Origin: an uncultured Thioalkalispiraceae bacterium
GTDB lineage: Bacteria; Pseudomonadota; Gammaproteobacteria; UBA6429; Thiohalophilaceae
Assembly: GCA_964605385.1 (NCBI GenBank)
Contig: CAZSCK010000002.1
Span: 10,420-74,419 of the forward strand
Direction: 5' to 3'
DNA length: 64,000 nucleotides
The notes below the pieces were generated by a model. The model made no database searches. It was given only the letters and a program-made list of their open reading frames with translations, and was not told where the DNA came from. This document shows, in pieces, positions 1 to 9,713 of this stretch. The number at the start of each line of letters is the position of its first letter. Positions within the stretch are counted from its first letter, which is position 1. A program made the position numbers and the translations under genes.

Positions 1-2253
1 GGCGACATTATTGATGTTGTTGACAGAATAAAAGACTACATTAAAACAATTCCAAATGTATATGGAGATAAAGTAAATGTCAGCACATCTCAGGATTTTT
101 CACGCTTTGCACGTTTACGCTTAGGCGTACTAACGAATAATGGTATTTTCGGGCTTATACTTGTTTTTATATCTCTCATAATATTTCTACGTTTATCAGT
201 TGCTTTGACAACCACCTGGAGTTTACCTATTGTATTTTTGACCGGCTTATTCCTTTTGCATTTATCAGGTATCACATTAAATCTGGTTTCTATGCTGGGT
301 TTTATTATGGTGTTGGGAATGCTGGTTGATGATGCAATTATTGTTGGTGAAAATATTGCTTATCATATGGAGCAGGGTGATTCTCCAAATGATGCGGCTG
401 TTAAAGGTGCCTATGAATTATTTGGTCCGGTTACAACCACAATCTTAACAACCATCGCTGCATTTTTACCCTTAATGTTTATGTCGGGCATGATTGGTAA
501 GTTTATTGTCGCAATTCCTGTTGTGGTTATTTTATTATTATTTTTCTCGTGGCTTGAAGCTTTTTTGATTTTGCCCAGTCACGTGAGTCATTTAACAAGT
601 ACAAAAGTTAAAGCAAAAGAAAAACAATGGTTGGTTAGCTTTGAACATAGTTACGCAAGGTTTTTAGCCTGGGTATTACATCATAGATGGACTGTGGTTT
701 TTTTATCGGCATTAGTTTTAATTGGAAGTATTGTATTAGCAAAACAAACAATGCAGTTTCAGTTATTCCCTGCAGTTGCAATTGATCAATATTTAGTTCG
801 TGTTACCGCAAATCCAGGAACTAATTTAAATGATTTGCGGATATACCTGAAAAAAGTTGATCAGGAAATTCGTAAACATATAAAGCCTGAGTATTTAGAA
901 AGTACGATTCTTTCCAGTGGTCAAACACAACGTGATGCAGGTGATCCATTAACACAACGTGGAAGTCGTTTTGGACAAATAAGGGTGTTATATATACCTG
1001 CGGTTCTAAGACCAGAACATGATGCGATTAAAGAACTCCGTTATTTTGAAAAGAATTTGCCTGTAAAATATCCTGAGTTAGAAATTGCTTTTGAACTTGT
1101 TAAACCCGGGCCACCTACAGGTCGAGCCCTGGAGTTGGAAATATCAAGTAAAGATGGTGTATCGAATGAAAGGGTAGCAGAAAATGTAATCAAGTTTTTA
1201 AAAAATATAAAAGGTGTCACAACGATAGAAAGTGGCTTACAGCCTGGTGATAAGGAAATTCATGTTGTTCTCGATAAAAACCTTGCAACATATGCTGGTG
1301 TTAACCTGGAAACTGCGGCTTTACATATACGTGCATCTGTCGATGGATTACGGATAACAACAACACGGTATGGAACTGAGGAAGTGGATGTAACAATTCG
1401 TTATCCAGAGGACGTTGAAGATATTAAAGCATTACAAAACTTACAAATACCCAATAGCCGTGGGGGTTTGATTCCGTTGCGCTCAATTGCTCAGTTTGAT
1501 GAGAAAATAGGTTTTACTACCATTCGTCATAAAAATGGTTTAAGAGTGATTCGTGTTTTCGCTAATATTGATGAAACTCAAACTAGTAGTATTAAACTAA
1601 ATAAACAAGTCGAAAGTAATAAGGAAATCTGGTTAGCTGAATTTAAGAATAAAGTGAAAATTAATTTTGGTGGTGAAGCGGAAAAGAATGATGAATCATT
1701 TCAGGATTTAGCTTTTTCATTTTTATTTGCATTAATAGCGATATTCTTTTTACTCGCCATTCAGTTTAACAGTTTAGGTTATCCGTTGATTGTTATGCTG
1801 GCGATACCTTTTGGTGTTGTTGGTGTTATCTTAAGTTTTTATGTACATGATATTTTATGGAAACCTATGCCATTGTCTTTCTTTTCAAGCATGGGCATGG
1901 TGGCATTAACTGGGGTTGTCGTTAATAGCTCAATGATACTGCTGGTCTTTATTCAAAGGGCGCGGGAAGATGGTATGGAGGCTATGCAGGCAATTATACT
2001 TGCTGGACGTAGACGTTTACGTGCTGTTGTTCTTACCGCAGCAACAACAGTTGTTGGATTATTGCCAACGGCTTATGGTTGGGGGGGAACAGATCCTTTT
2101 GTTGCACCAATGGCACTTGCATTATCATGGGGATTAGCCTTTGCAACCTTGATTACATTGATTGTAATTCCTGCAGCATTAGCAGCGAGTATTGATGTTT
2201 CAGAACACATGAGCAAGTGGTGGGGTAGTTTCATGAAACGCTTTAGCAGATAA
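1..2253 (+). CDS. RND-family efflux transporter permease (AcrB-like), 5' end outside window
   Basis: Frame 1 is open from base 1 (GDIIDVVDRIKDY...), so the ORF-track ATG at 205 is internal. TM4-type motif GFIMVLGMLVDDAIIVGENIAYHM. Large soluble loop followed by a second cluster of hydrophobic helices, as in the 12-TM RND architecture. Confidence 0.85.
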   Translation, partial: GDIIDVVDRIKDYIKTIPNVYGDKVNVSTSQDFSRFARLRLGVLTNNGIFGLILVFISLIIFLRLSVALTTTWSLPIVFLTGLFLLHLSGITLNLVSMLGFIMVLGMLVDDAIIVGENIAYHMEQGDSPNDAAVKGAYELFGPVTTTILTTIAAFLPLMFMSGMIGKFIVAIPVVVILLLFFSWLEAFLILPSHVSHLTSTKVKAKEKQWLVSFEHSYARFLAWVLHHRWTVVFLSALVLIGSIVLAKQTMQFQLFPAVAIDQYLVRVTANPGTNLNDLRIYLKKVDQEIRKHIKPEYLESTILSSGQTQRDAGDPLTQRGSRFGQIRVLYIPAVLRPEHDAIKELRYFEKNLPVKYPELEIAFELVKPGPPTGRALELEISSKDGVSNERVAENVIKFLKNIKGVTTIESGLQPGDKEIHVVLDKNLATYAGVNLETAALHIRASVDGLRITTTRYGTEEVDVTIRYPEDVEDIKALQNLQIPNSRGGLIPLRSIAQFDEKIGFTTIRHKNGLRVIRVFANIDETQTSSIKLNKQVESNKEIWLAEFKNKVKINFGGEAEKNDESFQDLAFSFLFALIAIFFLLAIQFNSLGYPLIVMLAIPFGVVGVILSFYVHDILWKPMPLSFFSSMGMVALTGVVVNSSMILLVFIQRAREDGMEAMQAIILAGRRRLRAVVLTAATTVVGLLPTAYGWGGTDPFVAPMALALSWGLAFATLITLIVIPAALAASIDVSEHMSKWWGSFMKRFSR

Positions 2254-2304
2254 ATGCTAAGTAGGTATATACATATGCGTTGGCTTTAAGCCATGCAGGT
2301 TAGT

Positions 2305-2793
2305 TTAAAGAATACGTCCCGCACCCGTAAATCGTTTACGCCAATATTTTTCTTGCATTGAACTGATCTTGACTCGCTTACCCGAAGAGGGAGCATGAAT
2401 AAATTTGTTCTTTCCCAAATAAATACCAACGTGTGAAACAGAACGTGAAAGTGATGTTTTAAAAAAGACTAAATCACCTGCTTTTAAATATTTACGCGAA
2501 ATACGTTTTGCTGCTTTGAATTGTTGGCCTGTGGTACGAGGAAGATTAATTCCGGCAACCCTGTGGCTGTATTGAACCAGGCCGCTGCAATCAAAACCTC
2601 GGCTTGGGGATGTACCACCATAGCGATATTTAACTCCAAGCATCTTTTTGGCAGTTGCAATCACAATTTGATTGCTTGCTGTTGTTTTACCACGCTTGTA
2701 CTTAGGGTTGCTTCCACAGCCTGAAAGAACAAGTGCAAAGGTGATAATGGCCAGAATACTGGATATTTTAATTTTTCTAAATATACACTTCAT
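2305..2793 (-). CDS. NlpC/P60-family peptidoglycan endopeptidase lipoprotein (Spr/MepS-like)
   Basis: Lipobox LVLSGC after a signal peptide. Catalytic Cys motif GFDCSGLVQYSHRVAG and His motif HVGIYLGKNKFIHAP. Confidence 0.85.
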   Translation of the reverse strand: MKCIFRKIKISSILAIITFALVLSGCGSNPKYKRGKTTASNQIVIATAKKMLGVKYRYGGTSPSRGFDCSGLVQYSHRVAGINLPRTTGQQFKAAKRISRKYLKAGDLVFFKTSLSRSVSHVGIYLGKNKFIHAPSSGKRVKISSMQEKYWRKRFTGAGRIL

Positions 2794-2929
2794 AGAGCAT
2801 ATTTTAGCTAAAATATACTAATAATCAATAAGATATAGCATATATTTAATAAATTAATTTAAGATTTTTAATGTCTGAAATGTATAAATGGACACAGAAA
2901 AAGTCAGGTTCTTGAGCTAAACTTCGCAT

Positions 2930-3298
2930 ATGGAAATTTCCTCAACAACAAATCGCTCATTTACTCGTTCTGTTACGCCGTCTAAAAGCAGTAGTGATCG
3001 GCAGTCATTTGATCAGAATCAGGCGGCAATTTTAGAAAGTAAAGCTCAGGAACGGGCGTTAGAACAACGTGCAGTTAAGGAAAAACTGCAACAACACAAA
3101 GAAGACACTCAACGCCGTTTAGATGGTCGCTTAATCAGTTTTGGACATGAGCAAGATAATGTGGCTAGCCAGCAGAAACAGACTTCTTTTAATCGTTCCC
3201 GCGTTAATGAGGCGTATAGTCCTCCTCCAAATGAAGCATCTCATAAGCAAAATAATCACCAGTCAGATACAACAGACGCGATTGATATTGTTGTTTAG
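2930..3298 (+). CDS. Hypothetical Q/S/K-rich, probably disordered protein (122 aa)
   Basis: Only an open frame; no signal peptide, no recognisable motif and a weak RBS. Lies between the NlpC/P60 gene and mrcB. Confidence 0.35.
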   Translation: MEISSTTNRSFTRSVTPSKSSSDRQSFDQNQAAILESKAQERALEQRAVKEKLQQHKEDTQRRLDGRLISFGHEQDNVASQQKQTSFNRSRVNEAYSPPPNEASHKQNNHQSDTTDAIDIVV

Positions 3299-3401
3299 TT
3301 AACCTTAGTCATTATTATTTCTGCAAAATTAATTTTAGTAACCGTCTTGAGATTGAGAATCTTTACCTGTGGCGAAGTTGTGTTTACGGTAGAATGTTTG
3401 A

Positions 3402-5696
3402 ATGAAAATAAAATCCCCAATACGGCGTAAGAAAAAAATAGCAACAAAAAAAAATACGCGCCGCAGACATAAAAATAAAAAAAGTTTACCTTTTTTACGA
3501 ATATTCCTGTCACTTTTATTGATCTTTATTTTTTATGTAATCTATCTCGATTTTGAAGTCCGTTCACAGTTTGACGGTAAAAAATGGTCGGTACCTGCTC
3601 GTGTCTATGCGCGTCCGCTGGAACTTTATATTGGTAAACCATTGTCACATGAACAATTTAACTTTGAATTAAAGACTTCAGGTTATCGTTTATCGAAAAA
3701 TAATATTAAAACCGGATATTATCAAAAAAAAGGGGATAGTTATCGACTCGTAATACGTGAGTTTGATTTTTGGGATGGCCATCAACCCCCTCGCTATATT
3801 GAAGTTAAACTTGAAGATGGTTTTGTTTCTAATGTTATTGATTTTAGAGATCAAACTGATGTTGCAGTGGTTCGTTTAGAGCCGGCTATCATGGGGCGTA
3901 TTTATCCAACTCACCGTGAAGATCGTTTGTTGATTAAATTAGACGATACTCCTGAAAATTTAACCCTGGCATTACTCGCGGTTGAAGACCGTGAATTTTA
4001 TTCTCATTTTGGTATAAATCCTAAAGCTATTGTTCGTGCAATGGTTGCTAATATTAAGGCCGGTGCCGTTGTGCAAGGTGGTAGCACTTTAACGCAACAA
4101 CTGGTGAAAAACTTTTTCCTTACCAAAAAGAAAAGTTTAGTTCGAAAAGTTAATGAAGCCATTATGGCTCTTTTACTTGAACTTCACTATGAGAAAAAAG
4201 ATATTTTAGAAGCCTACCTTAATGAAATTTATTTAGGTCAGGATAAAAGTCGTGCAATTCATGGTTTTGGTTTGGCTAGTCGTTTTTATTTTGATAAGCC
4301 TGTTTATAATTTGACGCTTTCAGAAATTACGATGCTGGTTGCCATGGTTAAAGGTCCATCATACTATGATCCCTGGCGCCATAAAGAACGTTTGCTGCAG
4401 AGGAGAAATACCGTTATTGGTTTAATGCAAAAGCAGGGGTCGATAACAGCTTATCAGGCAAAAATTGCAAAAGCCAAACCCTTAGAGGTGGTAAAACGTA
4501 GTGCAAAAATAACCAGTTCTTATCCTGCTTACATGGATTTATTACGACGCCAATTGCAGCAGGATTATAATAAAGAAGATTTAACCTCAGAGGGGTTACA
4601 AATATTTTCCACTTTTGATCCTTATATCCAAAAAATAACAGAGCAAGTGGTCAGGAAAAAGGTTAAGCAGTTAGATAAACAAAAAAATCTACAAGGTAAG
4701 TTACAAAGTGCAATTATAGTCACTAATACCAATAATGCTGATGTACTTGCGATAGTTGGCGATAAGCTGCCTGCTTATGCAGGATTTAATCGTGCACTGG
4801 ATGCGTTACGTCCGGTTGGTTCATTAATAAAACCAGCAATTTATTTAACTGCGCTGCAGCAGAAGAATAAATATTCTCTTGTGACATTGATACAAGATAA
4901 AAATATTACTTTGAAATCACAAGATGGAACATTATGGTCACCGCGTAATTATTCGGGAGAATCTCATGGTGAAGTTCCTCTATATAAAGGTTTGATCAGT
5001 TCTTATAATCAGGCAACGGTACGTTTAGGTTTAGAGCTGGGTTTTGAACCAATCGTTACAACGTTACAGAATCTTGGTATTCAACGCGATATTCCTCCTT
5101 ATCCTTCTATGCTTCTCGGTGCTGTAGCAATGACACCATTTGAAATAACTCAAATGTACCAAACCTTGTCGGGTGATGGTTTTATTACACCATTGCATAC
5201 TATTCGCAAAGTATTAACCGCAAAAGGTGAACCGTTAAAACATTATCCAGTAAAAATAAAACAAGCTGTTGATGCAACTTCGGTCAGAATAATAAATAGT
5301 GCATTACATGAAGTCACACGCCAGGGGACCGCTAGTTCTTTACGTTGGCGTTTACCAAAAGATTTAAAAGTCGCGGGTAAGACAGGGACAACGAACGATA
5401 CGCGCGATAGTTGGTTTGCAGGTTTTAGTGGAGAACATTTAATTGTTGCCTGGCTGGGAACAGATGATAATCAATCAACTGGTTTAACGGGTTCCAGTGG
5501 AGCATTGACTATCTGGTCAGATATTATGAAAAAAATCAGAACGCGGCCTTTTTCTTTTGCTTATGATGATGAACTTGAATATTATCATGTCGAAGCAGAA
5601 AAAGGATTTTTGGTTAATGAAAACTGTTCAACTGCGGCATATCTTGCTTTTAGAAAAAATAATTCACCAGAAGAATATGGTTCCTGTTTGAAATAA
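3402..5696 (+). CDS. mrcB: Penicillin-binding protein 1B (bifunctional glycosyltransferase/transpeptidase)
   Basis: Basic N-terminus plus one TM. GT51 motifs EDREFYSHFG and GGSTLTQQLVKN. Transpeptidase motifs SLIK (SxxK), SYN (SxN) and KTGTT. About 100 aa inserted before the GT domain, consistent with UB2H of class A PBP1B. Confidence 0.92.
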   Translation: MKIKSPIRRKKKIATKKNTRRRHKNKKSLPFLRIFLSLLLIFIFYVIYLDFEVRSQFDGKKWSVPARVYARPLELYIGKPLSHEQFNFELKTSGYRLSKNNIKTGYYQKKGDSYRLVIREFDFWDGHQPPRYIEVKLEDGFVSNVIDFRDQTDVAVVRLEPAIMGRIYPTHREDRLLIKLDDTPENLTLALLAVEDREFYSHFGINPKAIVRAMVANIKAGAVVQGGSTLTQQLVKNFFLTKKKSLVRKVNEAIMALLLELHYEKKDILEAYLNEIYLGQDKSRAIHGFGLASRFYFDKPVYNLTLSEITMLVAMVKGPSYYDPWRHKERLLQRRNTVIGLMQKQGSITAYQAKIAKAKPLEVVKRSAKITSSYPAYMDLLRRQLQQDYNKEDLTSEGLQIFSTFDPYIQKITEQVVRKKVKQLDKQKNLQGKLQSAIIVTNTNNADVLAIVGDKLPAYAGFNRALDALRPVGSLIKPAIYLTALQQKNKYSLVTLIQDKNITLKSQDGTLWSPRNYSGESHGEVPLYKGLISSYNQATVRLGLELGFEPIVTTLQNLGIQRDIPPYPSMLLGAVAMTPFEITQMYQTLSGDGFITPLHTIRKVLTAKGEPLKHYPVKIKQAVDATSVRIINSALHEVTRQGTASSLRWRLPKDLKVAGKTGTTNDTRDSWFAGFSGEHLIVAWLGTDDNQSTGLTGSSGALTIWSDIMKKIRTRPFSFAYDDELEYYHVEAEKGFLVNENCSTAAYLAFRKNNSPEEYGSCLK

Positions 5697-5725
5697 AAAC
5701 TAACAATGTTAAGTGAAAAAAATTA

Positions 5726-6211
5726 ATGATAAAATTAAATTTATTTATTATTCGTACTTTACTTTTTAGCCTGGCAATATCTCTTATTGCCTGCCAGGCT
5801 CCAAAAGATAAAACTACAGGTTGGACTTCTGCTTCAGGTGAAGTAAGGCCTGGTCCCAAAACAGGTAAAGCAGTTTTAGCATTACTCGGTAAGGCTCGAC
5901 AAGCCAGTAAAAAAGGCTCGTTAAGTTCAGCAGAAAGTCATCTTGAACGGGCGCTGCGTATCGAACCACAAAATCCAACCTTGTGGTTATACATGGCTAA
6001 ATTACGTCTTTATGCAGCAAAATCCAAAGAAGCGATTAACCTTGCGAAAAAGGCTTTAGCTCTGTCTTCGCGTGGCGGTACAGCCACTAGGGTAAACCGA
6101 CGATCTTTACAGGCTGACTGCTGGCGGGTGATTGCGCACGCGCATTTAAAGATGAATAACCTCAAAAATGCCCAAAAAGCACAAGATAAGGCAAACTCAC
6201 TAAGTTATTAA
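5726..6211 (+). CDS. TPR-like outer-membrane lipoprotein, candidate LpoP-type PBP1B activator
   Basis: Lipobox LAISLIAC, a ~30 aa flexible linker, then helical TPR-like repeats (AESHLERALRIEPQNPTLWLYMAKL...). Starts 29 nt after the mrcB stop. Confidence 0.6.
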   Translation: MIKLNLFIIRTLLFSLAISLIACQAPKDKTTGWTSASGEVRPGPKTGKAVLALLGKARQASKKGSLSSAESHLERALRIEPQNPTLWLYMAKLRLYAAKSKEAINLAKKALALSSRGGTATRVNRRSLQADCWRVIAHAHLKMNNLKNAQKAQDKANSLSY

Positions 6212-6343
6212 TATTTTTGGTGTTTTTTGCTGAAGTTAGTTCGATTTAAGTGATTTCTACTTTAGTAATTTCCTATGCAGACGCTAATTATATAGACTAA
6301 CGAATAAATCAGTCATAATTTTACTTAAGTAGTGTAAATAATA

Positions 6344-6862
6344 GTGGATAAGGCAGTGTCATTATACTCAGTTGATAAGTTGATCTCGGAAGCTCGTCGA
6401 ATTGCGGCAGAATATCGTCGTACTACGGGAAAACCGCTTGGAATCAGCGCTGAGATCGCCAGGCATGATGCTTGTACTTATCTTGGGCTTGAGCCTCATG
6501 AAGATGCCATTGGCTATGATGCGATGGGATTAACTGGCGAGCGTGAAGGCTTGCGTTTTCAAATAAAAGGTCGGGCAATTTTTGACGAAAAAAAAGGCGG
6601 TCAACGATTAGGGCAAATAAAAGTTGATCAAAACTGGGATAAAATCTTACTGGTTTTGATGAATGAAGATTTTGAGACCACTGAGATTTACGAAGCCTCT
6701 CATGAAGATATGCTCGATGACATTGATGAGGCCGGAGTAAGTAATCGGAAAAAACGGGGTGTCATGTCGGTTGCCCGATTTAAACGATTAGCTCAGCTTG
6801 TTTGGAATAATGACGAGGGTTTAATGAACGACGAAGTATGGGATAATCAAGCCAATACTTAA
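6344..6862 (+). CDS. Hypothetical protein with a PD-(D/E)xK nuclease-like motif (possibly a DUF6998-like family)
   Basis: GTG start, uncertain (alternative GTG at 6356). Motif order ...SAEIARHD...GYDAMG...RFQIKGR... fits an E / D / (Q/E)xK restriction-endonuclease-like core. No neighbouring partner genes. Confidence 0.55.
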   Translation: MDKAVSLYSVDKLISEARRIAAEYRRTTGKPLGISAEIARHDACTYLGLEPHEDAIGYDAMGLTGEREGLRFQIKGRAIFDEKKGGQRLGQIKVDQNWDKILLVLMNEDFETTEIYEASHEDMLDDIDEAGVSNRKKRGVMSVARFKRLAQLVWNNDEGLMNDEVWDNQANT

Positions 6863-6895
6863 CCATACTTTAATTATTTTATAACGAGTTATTCC

Positions 6896-8818
6896 TTGCA
6901 AGATTCTGATGTTTCCTACCTTCTAAGCGAAGATGGACCTTTTGCTAAATTGGTTCCTGGCTTTGCCGCACGTGAACAACAACAACAAATGGCTGTTCGT
7001 GTTGCTGAGGCGATTGAAAAAGGAAATCATTTAATCGCAGAAGCAGGTACAGGAACCGGCAAGACGTTTGCTTATTTAGTTCCTGCATTAATGAGCCAGT
7101 CTAAAGTTTTAATTTCAACCGGCACTAAAAATCTTCAGGATCAACTTTTCCATAAAGATCTCCCCATTGTAACTAAAGCACTGGCAGTTCCTGCAACGGT
7201 TGCTTTGTTAAAAGGCCGAGCCAATTATCTTTGTTTACATCGTTTAGATTTAGCGGAACAGGAAGGTCGTTTTCGTACACCTGAAATGGCAAATAGTGTT
7301 GTTAAAATAAGAGAGTGGGCTTCACAAACAGTAAGTGGTGATATTGCTGAAATGTCTTCTATAGCAGAAGAAGATATGATTTGGTCGAGTGTTACATCAA
7401 CTTCAGATAACTGCCTGGGTTCTGATTGTCATTACTTTGATAATTGTCATTTGATTGATGCACGTAGACAAGCACAAGCTGCTGATGTTGTGGTTATTAA
7501 TCATCATTTATTATTTGCAGACATGATGTTACGTGAAGATGGTTTTGCAGAATTATTGCCACAAGCGGACGCTATTATTGTAGATGAAGCTCATCAACTC
7601 GCAGAAGTTGCTTCGTCTTTTTTTGGTGAATCAATAAGTGGTAATCAGTTGCTTGAGCTTGCACGTGATAGCGAAGCTGAATATTTAACTGAAATTAATG
7701 AAGATCCAAATTTTATTCGCATTGCATCTGTATTACAAAAATTGATAAAAGATTTACGTTTATCTTTTGGTATTGAACAGCGTCGTGCAGACTGGCTAAG
7801 TATTGCGCATGATAATGAATTCAAAAAAGCAGTTTTAGCTGTATCGGAACAATTAAAAGAACTTGAAAAACAATTAATGCCTTTGGCAGAGAGAAGTAAA
7901 GGTCTGGAAAGCTGTTATGAACGTTGTGTTGAATTACGTTCACGTTTTACTCAATTAACCACTGATATACCTGACGATCATATTCATTGGTTTGAAACTC
8001 ATAAACGAAGTTTTGTATTACATATTACGCCTTTTGATATCAGTGATATATTTCATTCGCAAATGGAAACGATGAAGGTTGTATGGATGTTTACTTCTGC
8101 AACATTAACAGTTGCGAATAACTTTGATCACTTTAAACAACGTTTAGGAATTGAAACCGATAACACCGCTATTTGGGATAGTCCATTTGATTACAGTCAA
8201 CAAGCTGTGATGTATGTGCCTGAAAATTTACCTGAACCAACAGCACCTGAGTATAACGAAGCAGTTATTAAAAAAGCCTTACCAATTATTAATGCATGTC
8301 AGGGCGGCGTGTTTTTTCTTTTTACCAGTCATAAAGCACTGCAACAAGCGGCAGATTTATTAGATGGCGAAATAGATGTACCGTTAATGGTGCAGGGCGA
8401 TAAGCCGCGTGATGTTTTACTGAGTGAATTTCGTCACCATGGTAATGCTGTTTTATTAGGAACCAGTAGTTTTTGGGAAGGGGTGGACGTTCGTGGTGAA
8501 GCACTGACCTGCGTCATCATTGATAAACTGCCCTTTGCATCTCCCGGCGATCCGGTACTTAAAGCCAGAATCGATAATATGCGTAAAAATGGTGGAAATC
8601 CCTTTGTTGATTTTCAGTTACCTAGTGCCGTCATTACTTTAAAGCAGGGAGCAGGGCGACTAATTCGAGATGTTAATGATACCGGTGTTTTAATGCTCTG
8701 TGATCCGCGACTCATCTCAAAATCCTACGGCAAAATCTTTTTAGACAGTCTGCCGGCAATGATGAAAACGAGAAACCAGCAGAAGGTAGAAGGCTTTTTA
8801 AAGATTAAAACTTCTTAA
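6896..8818 (+). CDS. yoaA: ATP-dependent DinG-family DNA helicase YoaA
   Basis: TTG start. N-terminus is collinear with E. coli YoaA as I recall it. Walker A EAGTGTGKTFAYL, DEAH box VDEAHQL, Fe-S cysteine cluster CLGSDCHYFDNCH. 640 aa. Confidence 0.85.
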   Translation: MQDSDVSYLLSEDGPFAKLVPGFAAREQQQQMAVRVAEAIEKGNHLIAEAGTGTGKTFAYLVPALMSQSKVLISTGTKNLQDQLFHKDLPIVTKALAVPATVALLKGRANYLCLHRLDLAEQEGRFRTPEMANSVVKIREWASQTVSGDIAEMSSIAEEDMIWSSVTSTSDNCLGSDCHYFDNCHLIDARRQAQAADVVVINHHLLFADMMLREDGFAELLPQADAIIVDEAHQLAEVASSFFGESISGNQLLELARDSEAEYLTEINEDPNFIRIASVLQKLIKDLRLSFGIEQRRADWLSIAHDNEFKKAVLAVSEQLKELEKQLMPLAERSKGLESCYERCVELRSRFTQLTTDIPDDHIHWFETHKRSFVLHITPFDISDIFHSQMETMKVVWMFTSATLTVANNFDHFKQRLGIETDNTAIWDSPFDYSQQAVMYVPENLPEPTAPEYNEAVIKKALPIINACQGGVFFLFTSHKALQQAADLLDGEIDVPLMVQGDKPRDVLLSEFRHHGNAVLLGTSSFWEGVDVRGEALTCVIIDKLPFASPGDPVLKARIDNMRKNGGNPFVDFQLPSAVITLKQGAGRLIRDVNDTGVLMLCDPRLISKSYGKIFLDSLPAMMKTRNQQKVEGFLKIKTS

Positions 8819-9078
8819 TAAGGATTTCCTTATTTTTGCAACTTACATCCACGTATATAAATTATTAAAAATAATTGTTAAATCCTGTGACATTTGATGA
8901 TTTTTCAGATAATCTAGTTTTTCTTCTGAAAATATAGCGTTTCTTCCTATACTTTCAAATATAAAAATAATAAGTCATTGAAAATATTGAATTTTTTAGC
9001 ATCAGTTATTGTGCTTAAAATTGTATACCTGACTCTGTAATAAATTTTTTCATTTTTAATTGCATAAAGGATTGTGTT

Positions 9079-9594
9079 ATGGCTTTTTTAACTCAGTATT
9101 CAAACAGTGTACCCGTGATTAAATATCATATTGAGCAAACATTGATGACTATTGGTCAGGATATTAATATGGATATTTGTGTGCCAGAAGACGGTATTGC
9201 AGAAAACCATGCCGCTGTAGAAGCCATTAAATACGCTGAGTCATACCGTTTTATTATTAAATCCTCTGAAAGTGAAGCATCGCTTGAATTAAATGGTGAG
9301 GTTGTTTCTCATGCTGAACTTCAGGATGGTGACTGGTTAATGATTGGTGGTGTTGAATTCCAATTTACTGATGATGGTGTTAATTTAATAGTAGAAGAAA
9401 AGACCACAATTTCAGCTCCTGTTGTTGAAGCAAAGCTAAAAACCACTTCCTTACAAAAAACTGAAAAAAATGAATCTGAAGCACTAAAATTGATAAAAGG
9501 GCTAAAAGAAGAGTTACTCGATGATGTCAAACCCCTGACAACTAAAGAATTCATATCTAATAGTCGTAATAGCCGCCGTCGCCTGGCTTTCTAA
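9079..9594 (+). CDS. FHA-domain protein with a charged C-terminal tail
   Basis: FHA-like pattern TIGQDINMDICVPEDGIAENHAAVE ... NGEVV ... GDWLMIGGVEFQF. Good RBS (aaagga). Confidence 0.6.
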   Translation: MAFLTQYSNSVPVIKYHIEQTLMTIGQDINMDICVPEDGIAENHAAVEAIKYAESYRFIIKSSESEASLELNGEVVSHAELQDGDWLMIGGVEFQFTDDGVNLIVEEKTTISAPVVEAKLKTTSLQKTEKNESEALKLIKGLKEELLDDVKPLTTKEFISNSRNSRRRLAF

Positions 9595-9713
9595 ATATTA
9601 TATATTATTGAAATATCGTTTTTTCTTTTCTCCCTCTATTTTCATTCGCTAAATACTAGCCGTCTAGCAGCGCACTGTGTATGCTATGGCCTTCTTAAAA
9701 CGTAGCATCTTTA

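Noticed and set aside
2281-2293. Hairpin tggct-tta-agcca between the convergent RND and NlpC/P60 genes
   Set aside because: Only 5 bp and no T-run. Insufficient to call a terminator.
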